Assembly (NCBI GenBank): GCA_002269645.1
Contig: NIVC01003785.1
Span: forward strand, 1 to 64,000
Direction: 5' to 3'
Source: Macrostomum lignano
Taxonomy: Eukaryota
Length of the DNA: 64,000 nt
Shown here: one piece after another, positions 12,433 through 22,651 of the stretch
How positions within the stretch are numbered: position 1 is the first letter of the stretch
Layout: each line of letters begins with the position of its first letter
The notes under the pieces: model-generated
Database searches by the model: none
What the model saw: the letters and a program-made list of their open reading frames with translations, nothing else
What the model was told of the DNA's origin: nothing
Position numbers and translations under genes: made by a program

Positions 12433-15400
12433 TCAGTCAAAATAGTCGTCAATGTCAACTCCGGGGTCAAGCAGGTGCTCGCCAAACTGGCTGAGATCCA
12501 GCTGGTTGAGAATGAGATTCTCAAATGTCTCCTCAAGATCTGTCTCGCCAATAAGCACGCAGCCCTGCATTCGGCCGTTGCGCATGACGCACTTCACGTA
12601 CTCGACGCCTGGGGTCACACGAAGCAGCGCCTCGTATTCGCCGCTGGCCAAGCCTTGTGCGTTGTACAGGCCTGACAATTGGGGGTTGAATTTCATACTG
12701 ACTACTGACAGTAGCTTATAGGCATGTAAGCAAAACTAATGCTAGTAATAATTTATGCAGGTGTCGCTTTGGAAACGTTTGCCGCAACCAGAAATCATTT
12801 GGCGCTAATTTAAACCATTTGGCGCTAATATAACCATTTGGCGTTAATATAAACCATTTGGCGCTAATATAAACCATTTGGCGCTAATAGAAACAATTTG
12901 GTGTCAATAGAAAATAGTTGGCGTTACATAAAAGACAGCAAAGCACAGGCAGTGAGGCTCTGTGGAAGGCAGTGAGGCGCCGCCGTGGAAGGCAGTGAGG
13001 CGCCGTGGGAGGCAGTGAGGCGCCGTGGGAGGCAATGAGGCGCCGTGGGAGGCAGTGAGGCGCCGTGGGAGGCCAGCATGGCTGGGCAAGAAGCGAACAC
13101 GACAGCGGCGAGCGACTCACCCAGCAGCACGATCTTGTAGCTGAAAAACCGGGTGACGTGGGTGAACAGCTCGAAGCCGATGTCCAGCGGAGGCGGCGAC
13201 TCGCCCCGCCTGGCCGCTGACATGCAGCGGGCGGCAAACGAGCCGGTCTGGCGCGCCTGCGACCACAGGCGCATCTGAAACCACAGCCGCGTCTCCTCCG
13301 CCGCCGAGGAAGTCTCGCCGTCGGACGACCAACCGGCGCAGCCGCAAGCGTCACCGGCGGCGAACACGTGCGCCAAGGAGCTGCGCATGCCGCGGTCGAC
13401 GGCCACGGCGCCCTCAGCATCCAGCGCCGGACCGACGCCGCCATCGGCTAGCAGGGCGGTCGGCGTCACTCCGGTTGCGCTGACAATCAAATCGACGCCC
13501 AGCAGTTCGCCGTTGCTGAGCGCGGCGAACACCGGCCAAGAATCGGTCAGAGCCGTGGTGTCGGTCGGGAGCAGCTCGACGGCCTCCTTGGGGCTCAGAA
13601 GGCTGACGACCTCCACCGAGTAGATTATTCGAGTCTCCGCGGCGTCGCCTGCCGACGTCGCCGCTATCGCTGCCGGTGCAGCTGTCGGTGCCGATGCCGA
13701 TGTCGATGACGGTGCCGGTGTCGATGCCGATGTTGGTGTTAATGTCGGTGCTGATGGCAGTGCCGATGTCGGTGCCGATGTTAGTGTCGCTGCCGATGTC
13801 GGTGCTGATGTCGGTGCTGACGTCGGTGCCGATGTCGGTGCCGATGCTGGTGTCGCTGTCGATGTCGGTGTTTCTGCCGACCTCGACGATGCACCGACGC
13901 AGCCGCTAAGTTTAAAGCCGCTCGACCAGTCGGGGCCAAGGGCGCTTCCGGGAAACTGCTGACGCATCTGTTGCTGCTCTTGCTGCCTCTGCTGCTTAAG
14001 CGGGGGAGGGGCCGAGTCCTCGGCAAGTTGGAATCTGCAAAGGACCGAAAGGAAGCCGATAAATATTAAATAGCCCCACCGTCTCCATTCCCTGACACCC
14101 CACCGTCTCCATTCCCTGACACCCCACCGTCTCCATTCCCTGACACCCCACCGTCTCCATTCCCTAACACCCCACCGTCTCCATTCCCTGACACCCCACC
14201 GTCTCCATTCCCTGACACCCCACCGTCTCCATTCCCTGACACCCCACCGTCTCCATTCACTGACACCCCACCGTCTCCATTCCCTGACACCCCACCGTCT
14301 CCATTCCCTGACACCCCACCGTCTCCATTCCCTGACACCCCACCGTCTCCATTCCCTGACACCCCACCGTCTCCATTCCCTGACACCCCACCGTCTCCAT
14401 TCCCTAACACCCCACCGTCTCCATTCCCTGACACCCCACCGTCTCCATTCCCTGACACCCCACCGTCTCCATCCCCCTGACGCCCCGACCGTCACCTCCG
14501 ATGCTTAGTCACGCCGGGCTTGTCGACCCTCGCGCCGCCAGGCCGCGCCAGACTGGGCAACAGGAACTGGGCGGCGCCGGCGTCAAAGAACACGGCTCCG
14601 ATGGAGTCCTGGCGCACCGCCCACACGACGTCGACGTTGCGCAACTCGTAAACCAGCTCGGTGGCGATGCCGCCGTTGCCAACGACAAGGACGCGTCGAC
14701 ACGTCGACAACTTCTTGGACAGGTCGGCCACAGTCTCGGTGTCGCGAATGCCCACAACCAGATCCGGGTGCTGCCGGGCCTGCGGAATCAGCTTCGGCGA
14801 AGCGCCGGTGCACAGGCACAGCTCCCCGTAGCCGATCCTGACCTCGGCAGCTTCGCCGGCTGCTGACGGCTCCGGATTGGCCAGCGAGGCGCGGAGCTGC
14901 CGAGTCTCCGCGTTGAAACCGGTGCAGCTGGCGTGCAGGACGCTAACGCTGCCGCAGCCGCTTCGCTGACGCTGTTGCCGCTGGAACTCGGCTAGCGGGC
15001 GCTCCTGGGATGGTCGGTGAGGTGTAAATTGAGTCAGTGGGGTGTCAGTTGAGTCGGTGAGGTGTCAGTTGAGTCAGTGGGGTGTCAGTTGAGTCGGTGA
15101 GGTGTCAGTTGAGTCAGTGAGGTGTCAGTTGAGTCGGTGAGGTGTCAGTTGAGTTAGTGGGGTGTCAGTTGAGTCGGTGAGGTGTCAGTTGAGTCAGTGA
15201 GGTGTCAGTTGAGTCAGTGAGGTGTCAGTTGAGTCAGTGGGGTGTCAGTTGAGTCAGTGGGGTGTCAGTTGAGTCGATGAGGTGTCAGTTGAGTCGGTGA
15301 GGTGTCAGTTGAGTCAGTGAGGTGTCAGTTGAGTCGGTGAGGTGTCAGTTGAGTCAGTTGGGTTGTCAGTTGAGTCGGTGAGGTGTCAGTTGAGTCAGTG

Positions 15401-15709
15401 GGGTGTCAGCAGAGTCAATGGGGTGTCAGTAGAGACAGCAATCCAAAAAAGACCCGCCCTCAGCCGATAAACCTCAACGTCGAACTCTTCCAGCAGTTTG
15501 GTGACGGGCCGCAGGTTGGTGACGGCTTTGACCACAGGCGAGGCGGACACGATCAGCACCCGGGCGTCCGGCTCCAGCGCTGCCAGGGTCTCCGCGCAGG
15601 TGACACCGGCAATGCCGCCGCCCACAATGACAAAGTCGTATTGGTGCTCAACCGCCAGAAAACGGGCGCGGTTTGCCTCGCTGTCAGAGCAACTGTTGAA
15701 TGCCACTTG
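12433..15709 (-). CDS. PYROXD1: Pyridine nucleotide-disulfide oxidoreductase domain-containing protein 1; exons ~15709-15473, 15004-14496, 14034-13121, 12671-12433; start-codon exon not found
   Basis: [15 protein letters not shown]..., [73 protein letters not shown]|[23 protein letters not shown]...[13 protein letters not shown] align motif by motif with the recalled animal PYROXD1 sequence. GT-AG junctions keep the frame. Confidence 0.95.
14066..14485. repeat. 24-bp minisatellite filling a PYROXD1 intron
   Basis: Unit CCCCACCGTCTCCATTCCCTGACA, ~17 copies, inside intron 14035-14495. Confidence 0.97.
15010..15430. repeat. 20-bp minisatellite filling a PYROXD1 intron
   Basis: Unit GTGTCAGTTGAGTC(A/G)GTG(A/G)G, ~20 copies, inside intron 15005-15472. 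Confidence 0.97.
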
Positions 15710-15717
15710 CTGGTGCA

Positions 15718-16075
15718 CCACTCTGCCTATGTTGAACTTGCAGGGATCTGTCACTCCAGCACCACTCTGCCTATGTTGGACTTGCAGGGATCTGTCACTC
15801 CAGCACCAGTCTGCCTATGTTGGACTTGCAGGGATCTGTCACTCCAGCACCACTCTGCCTATGTTGGACTTGCAGGGATCTGTCACTCCAGCACCACTCT
15901 GCCTATGTTGAGCTTGCAGGGATCTGTCACTCCAGCACTACTCTGCCTATGTTGAGCTTGCAGGGATCTGTCACTCCAGCACTACTCTGCCTATGTTGAA
16001 CTTGCAGGGATCTGTCACTCCAGCACCAGTCTGCCTATGTTGAACTTGCAGGGATCTGTCACTCCAGCACCAGCC
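15718..16075. repeat. 44-bp minisatellite next to the 5'-most identified PYROXD1 exon
   Basis: Unit ACTCTGCCTATGTTGAACTTGCAGGGATCTGTCACTCCAGCACC, ~8 copies. Confidence 0.95.
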
Positions 16076-17064
16076 CCAATAAAAGCCTGGCAGATCTCTG
16101 AAAGCAATTGTAAACGAAACTACCCTTTTTTGTTCTAAATAAGTGTTGCAAAAAATCAAGTTTATGAAAACGCAGCGTGTGGCAAGTTTGAAAAATGAAG
16201 CAGACAAATAGTTTAGCACGGGTGCAGGTGCACTTATACACAACACACCCGCCAACACATACAAACACACACAAACAATATAAACTGTCATTTTATTTTT
16301 TCAACAAGCTTTCAAAAAAGTTGCACAATGCAAACGGTCTCTCTTTACATTTTTGATCTTCAAAAATAAAGTTCAGAGTTGGGAGGAATATCGGTAAAAC
16401 AAAAAAACAATTCCTGACAACGGAGACAAAAAAAATCTCGGACAAAAGTCTGCAGAGATTAAAAGTACATTTGAATGATAGTTATTCTCACTTTGTTCGC
16501 GCACTTAAAGTACAAACACTGAGGTGTACTGTAATAATAACTACAAAACATTATAAGATAACAATACTGAGACACTGTGCAAATAACTAGCAAAATATTT
16601 TTTGTAAATATTTTATCCGTTGAAAAGTAGAACAAAACACCAACTGAGATAGCGAGACCAGACCTTTTTGACTCGGAACGAAAGACACAAAGCACACGAA
16701 AAGTACATAAGAGATATAAATAACAAATTAACTAATCTGTTATACAATAGAAAAAATAACTTCAATAATTTGAAAATGGATCAAAATATTCGTAGTAATT
16801 TGCTGTTTAGCTACAGTAAAACAAAAAATAGAAACAAAAAGTAGCAACTCGACTTGCACACTTAGTACCGCGTTGAGTAAAAATTAAAATATAATTTTTT
16901 TTTGGTTGGTTGAACGCGAACGAAAATTTTGACGATAGATTTTTATTTGCCTCGGATACACAATACGAGCGATAAGCGCCAAACAAAAAACACTCTTCTA
17001 GGGAATTTCTGAAGCTAGCCGGAATATTTATGCTTGCGTGTGTAGCAGGTGCACATTAGAGGGG

Positions 17065-17630
17065 GCAAGAGGTTGGCTGGTCGGGAGCGAGTGTACATTG
17101 GGGGAAGAGGTTAGATGGCCGGCTCGGGTGTACATTGCAGGCAGAGGTTGGCTGGTCATGATAGAGTGTACATTGCAGGCAGAGGTTGGCTGGTCATGAT
17201 AGAGTGTACATTGCAGGCAGAGGTTGGCTGGTCATGATAGAGTGTACATTGCAGGCAGAGGTTGGCTGGTCATGATAGAGTGTACATTGCAGGCAGAGGT
17301 TGGCTGGTCATGATAGAGTGTACATTGCAGGCAGAGGTTGGCTGGTCATGATAGAGTGTACATTGCAGGCAGAGGTTGGCTGGTCATGATAGAGTGTACA
17401 TTGGGGGGGAGAGGTTGGCTGGTCGGGAGCGAGTGTACATTGGGGGAAGAGGTTGGCTAGCCGGGAGCGAGTGTACATTGGGGGAAGAGGTTGGCTGGCC
17501 GGGAGCGAGTGTACATTGGGGGAAGAGGTTGGCTGGTCGGGAGCGAGTGTACATTGGGGGAAGAGGTTGGCTAGCCGGGGGTGGGTGTACATTGGGGGAA
17601 GAGGTTGGCTAGCCGGGAGCGAGTGTACAT
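17065..17630. repeat. 38-bp minisatellite with two variant blocks
   Basis: GAGTGTACATTGCAGGCAGAGGTTGGCTGGTCATGATA and GAGTGTACATTGGGGGAAGAGGTTGGCTAGCCGGGAGC. Confidence 0.95.
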
Positions 17631-18358
17631 CGGCGGGCGGCTCAAAATCGACATAAAAAGCTTAACAAATACAAAATGCCACGAAAAGCAGAGCACAAAT
17701 TGCACAAAAAACTTTAAAGCCAGTAGAGTAAAAACAAATGACAATTAAATGAGTGTGAGATATTTCCATAGTCTAATCGGGTTTAAAAAAATTGCTTTAT
17801 GCAATAACATTTAAAAAACAATCTTACACATCCTAATGATGCCAGGGAATAAGGACTCCATTGCAGGAGCATAGAGTAACAACTCTTTGCCAACCATTTT
17901 CAGACCAGTATAGGCTGACTGCAATGGTTCCTCCGATGAAAACGGCACCTAGGCCAAGAAGCGTCCCTCAATAAAAGATTAGTAATTGTGCATTCTCCAA
18001 TATGTATTGTGCGTCAAACTGAAAACTCAGGGGTTGAATACTCCGCGTTCACCTTGCTTGACCCCCATCGTCAGGCCGGATCACAGCAGCAGTGTAGCGT
18101 CAGTTCCGGCAGTTGGCGGCTGCTGCTGCTGGCGACCCGGGGCCTCATCAGCACCGCCTCCAGTCACAGTGCCATCGCCGTCCAGACTGGCCAGGACCTC
18201 CGTGGCCATCGTGTAAGAGTCCCGACGCACTGCGGAACGGTTCGTCAGTGAATATAGTTTTCAGCAAGGGGGCGCTCTGGATTCAGCTGACCCCTGAGCA
18301 CGCACAAGCTCACGAATGTACACTTCATCTGCCATCGGGGGCTGGGCCTCCTCGCTAG

Positions 18359-18702
18359 GGGTCGCCATCATAAGCTCGAAAAATCACATCGTCGAAAAGT
18401 TCAGCAAACATCATCACAATCTCGAAAAGGCACAAGCTCTAACCCTAACCCTAAGGCACCAGTACCCTAGCCTAACCCTAAACCCTAACCCTAAGGCACA
18501 AGTTCTAACCCCAACCCTAAACTTAACCCTAAGCCCTAACCCTAAGGCACAAGTTCTAACCCCAACCCTAAACTTAACCCTAAACCCTAACCCTAAGGCA
18601 CAAGTTCTAACCCTAACCCTATTCGAGATTGTGATGGTGGTTGCTAGACTTTTCGACGATATGTTTTTTCGAGCTTGACTTTTCGAGCTTGTGATGGGCC
18701 CC
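18359..18702. mobile_element. Non-autonomous TIR/foldback element (Mutator-like by TSD length) with an internal telomere-like (CCCTAA)n tract
   Basis: Flanking 9-bp direct repeat CCTCGCTAG at 18350-18358 and 18703-18711; ~70-bp imperfect inverted arms (AGCTCGAAAAATCACATCGTCGAAAAG...CACAATCTCGAA and its reverse complement); G-rich termini. Confidence 0.8.
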
Positions 18703-19366
18703 CCTCGCTAGTGTGAATCGCAAGACACCCCCCGAGACCAAATTTTGTGCCACGACCCCAAAGAGAGATTGCAGTATAAAAAATCATAGCATAGTCAATG
18801 CTCGCTACTGATTAGTAGACGATTATTGATTTGTTTTTTTAAAAACTACAAGATGATAGACCGGATGGGATGAAGGAAAAATTATAGGAGAAAGGGGAGA
18901 GGAAAAAGATCGGGAGAAGAGGGGGGGCAGGGACACGCAACTGAGAGGACGCCAGGCGCGCGGCAGCAAAGTGAAACGGGGGGGGCAAAGCAAAGCACGC
19001 CACGGCCATGCGAACAGCCCATCTCCACCTGTCAAGCGCGTTCACAAATAGCTGCAGATTAGAGCTAAATTAGGAGTTGTCCTTTCAAGCTCCAGTGCAG
19101 GTGTCGGGTTCAACCTGCTATACCCTACTATCCACTCTCAATATGGCTAACATTACAGTTTCACAGACACGGCTGCGCGTGACAAGGGCGCGGCGTTAAT
19201 GGGATTTCTAATGAAGTCTCTGACGAACAAACCGTACAGAGAAGGGCCAACGGCGAAGCAAGAAATTTTCGAACAAGCAGCACCTAAAAGACAGCAGACT
19301 GCAGAGAAACTGTGAAAGAGCGCAAGGAGAGCCGTGCATTTCAGTTCGCAGAATTGAGCCAGAAAT

Positions 19367-19367
<1 letters not shown>

Positions 19368-19397
<30 letters not shown>

Positions 19398-19440
19398 CTA
19401 AGACAGACAGATAGACACTAAGACAGACAGATAGACACTA

Positions 19441-19473
<33 letters not shown>

Positions 19474-19532
19474 CTAACACAAGCAGACAGACAGACAGAC
19501 ACTAAGACAGACAGACAGAGAGACAGACAAGC

Positions 19533-19573
<41 letters not shown>

Positions 19574-19612
19574 TACAGACAGACAGACAGACAGACAGAC
19601 ACTAAGACAGAT
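19368..19612. repeat. (AGAC)n microsatellite abutting the SINE 3' end
   Basis: Direct inspection. Confidence 0.95.
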
Positions 19613-19614
19613 AT

Positions 19615-19832
19615 GAAGGCTGCGTATGGCTGTTCAGTCCAAGGACTGGGGGGTCGCCACACACACTTTCAATTACCCCAGCTAATGCTGGCACCCATTT
19701 TACAGCTGGGTGAACTGAAGCAATGCTGAGTTAAGTGTCTTGCTCAAGGACACAAATTGTTCCAGTGGGATCGGGAATCGAACCCCCGACCTTCAAGTCG
19801 TGAGTCCAACGCTCTGACCACTAGGCTACAAC
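19615..19832 (-). mobile_element. tRNA-derived CORE-type SINE, copy 1
   Basis: Minus strand has A box TAGCCTAGTGG, B box GGTTCGATTCC, then TGTGTCCTTGAGCAAGACACTTAAC...CAGTTCACCCAGCTGTAAAATGGG, resembling the MIR/CORE domain; five copies in the window. Confidence 0.85.
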
Positions 19833-21028
19833 CCCCCTTGCTCTGACCAGAATTTACTTCCGCCGCACGCATACAGATGGAAAAGCGCCGTTGCTGTGCA
19901 AAGCCCCAGCAACTTATCCAGCCACGTTTTCTTTTCAGTCTCAAAGGCGCCACAGAGACATCAAAGGCGCTCAGCTCACACCTGCGTTATCAAAAGCTAC
20001 AACAGCGGCAGCAGCCTCACATCCAGCAGGCCTCCGAGCAGCTCCAGACACTGGCTAGACCCCATCGGGGCTGGCCGCCAGTGCTGGACTGTCAGGCGTG
20101 GGGTGGAAGGTCCGCTGGCCACGGACACGAAAGCTGGAATAACGGCCCCTCTGCTGGGGTAGACCCTGGTGGACCTGGTGGCAGGCTCGCCGACATGCCC
20201 TCTGCACACTCACGCGGCGACGCGGTGGTGCAAGGCCCCTGTCCTATGGTGAGCGGGACAAAGACGGCTGGCTGTGCCATGTTGCAGTCAGACCGTTCCC
20301 GTAGGCCCAATGACCAGGTGACCCAGCTGGGCCGTCATCAACAACAACAACAGCGGCAGCAGCGGCAGGCTGGAAACAGAATAGCATAATAATTACTCTG
20401 TTTATATAAAATCTGCTGTCACTCTCCTCTCCATCGAAAATATGATGAAGGTGCGTCGAACAGATTTTTGTTTCTTTAGAGAAAAAGCATCGCCCTCCTC
20501 CTGTCTTTCTTTATGCTCGCTCGCTTGCCCGAGCTGGGAGGAAAGCGAAAGGCGAGCGGGGCTCCCAGAGGGCCAGAGAGGGAGGCTCGCAGCATCTCTT
20601 GCTCTCTCACTACGACTGCCTTCTGGGCAATGTACTTAACAGATCGACAAAGCCTGAAATCTCTGCTCTTTGCTCTACTTCGTCTCTTGCCTCTAACCCC
20701 TCATCCACCCGACCTGCTCTCTCAGCTGGGATTTTCCCGTGTCCCGCCAGCTGCCCGAATCAGTTAGCAATTTTACTTGCACGGCGAACCGGATTAGATA
20801 AAAAATGGGAGGAAAAGATAAACAAACCACTCAGCTTGTCTCTAGCAGGTTGCTATTTAACAATCTTTTTTCTTTGCTAATTGAGAAACCTGAGCAACAG
20901 GTGACACAGGTAACGGTTAAGAGGCTTTCTAATCTTATCGGCACAGATAATTTAGCTTAATATATTTGAAAATTTATGTAGAATTTGTGAAGTTTGAGAA
21001 GATTATGTAGAGGTCAAGTGATTCTAAC

Positions 21029-21541
21029 TAGCCTGGTCAATAAGCGGCATGGTCGATAGAAACATCTCGATAAGGACAGTGGGTGAAGCAATGTACATTG
21101 AAGTTCTATCTAGCCTGGTCAATAAGCGGCATGGTCGATAGAAACGTCTCGATAAGGACAGTGGGTGAAGCAATGTACATTGAAGTTCTATCTAGCCTGG
21201 TCAATAAGCGGCATGGTCGATAGAAACGTCTCGATAAGGACAGAGTGGGTGAAGCAATGTACATTGAATTTCTATCTAGCCTGGTCAATAAGCGGCATGG
21301 TCGATAGAAACGTCTCGATAAGGACAGAGTGGATGAAGCAATGTACATTGAATTTCTATCTAGCCTGGTCAATAAGCGGCATGGTCGATAGAAACGTCTC
21401 GATAAGGACAGAGTGGATGAAGCAATGTACATTGAATTTCTATCTAGCCTGGTCAATAAGCGGCATGGTCGATAGAAACGTCTCGATAATGACAGAGTGG
21501 GTGAAGCAATGTACATTGAAGTTCTATCTAGCCTGGTCAAT
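21029..21541. repeat. 82/84-bp tandem repeat, ~6 copies
   Basis: Unit begins TAGCCTGGTCAATAAGCGGCATGGTCGATAGAAACG. Confidence 0.95.
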
Positions 21542-22137
21542 AAAAGATATGGTTGCAATTACAAGCTATTCAAGGTGAGTAGTAATGGACACAATCTAAA
21601 TCAAGTATTGACTCATTGCTGTAAATTTATCATGCATGAAGAGCTCAAATTCGTTGAGGACAAGCAGACTGAAAGCTTGCATGACAGGAGCTGTGGAGTC
21701 ATGAACGATCTACAGAGCAGAGGCCAGCATTTTCAACAGTTCAGCAGGGTATTGCTGGTGTTTTTTGACAGGTAAATCAAAATCAAATCGGAGTTTGCAC
21801 GCGAAATAATTTTGAAAGGTTAGAAATAAAGACGGCATCGCCCTCCGCTGGGATTCTGCCTCACCGGAGTAGCACTAGCAATGCCGCACTTCATCATTTT
21901 TCTAGGCTCTAAATAAAAGCTGGGCTTTTTATGGCTGCACTGCTGGCGTCATTCAATCAGGTCTGAACAGTTGAATGGGGGAGAGTTTTCCACTCCTGAA
22001 CTCCTGGTGCTTAAAGGCATATTCGCACGTTCCGCTGACTCCTGAGCCACATGCAAGCGCGCCAATACTGTACGCAGGCCCGCACTCAGAAAAACAGGGT
22101 ATACAGCAACCTTTCTAATCGTCAGGCACTGTACACT

Positions 22138-22463
22138 CTGTGCCTTAGGGATTGGCTCTCTGTGCCTTAGGGATTGGCTCTCTGTGCCTTAGGGATTGGC
22201 TCTCTGTGCCTTAGGGACTGGCTCTCTGTGCCTTAGGGATTGGCTCTCTGTGCCTTAGGGATTGGCTCTCTGTGCCTTAGGGATTGGCTCTCTGTGCCTT
22301 AGGGATTGGCTCTCTGTGCCTTAGGGACTGGCTCTCTGTGCCTTAGGGATTGGCTCTCTGTGCCTTAGGGATTGGCTCTCTGTGCCTTAGGGATTGGCTC
22401 TCTGTGCCTTAGGGACTGGCTCTCTGTGCCTTAGGGATTAGCTCTCTGTGCCTTAGGGATTGG
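22138..22463. repeat. 22-bp minisatellite TGTGCCTTAGGGATTGGCTCTC, ~15 copies
   Basis: Direct inspection. Confidence 0.97.
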
Positions 22464-22651
22464 ATGTGAAACGCACGAGATGCCGTCTATCTTGCCAAGA
22501 AAACCAAGGAGTGTCCATCTCTGGTTAAGCAGCGCTGACCGCGGTTAGTACACTGAACGAGTGACAGTTTAAACCGAGACCTGAAATTTATCCTGCACTC
22601 AAACCCCTCCAGACCAGTTAGCAATAAACTGTGTGTGCTCAGTGTACTCAC

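Noticed and set aside
14035-14495. N-terminal WRRWGVRE repeats of the 523-aa ORF as part of PYROXD1
   Set aside because: Lies in a GT-AG intron; retention gives an immediate TGA in the upstream exon's frame.
17940-18290. GC-rich, coding-looking segment (e.g. MATEVLASLDGDG... on the minus strand)
   Set aside because: Short, no recognisable domain, and no consistent splice model found.
19770-19832. tRNA gene calls at SINE heads (also 31665-31720 and 8690-8760)
   Set aside because: A and B boxes are present but there is no complete cloverleaf; SINE-derived or fragmentary.
19877-20389. 170-aa Q-rich ORF on the plus strand
   Set aside because: No recognisable homology or supported exon structure; left unannotated.
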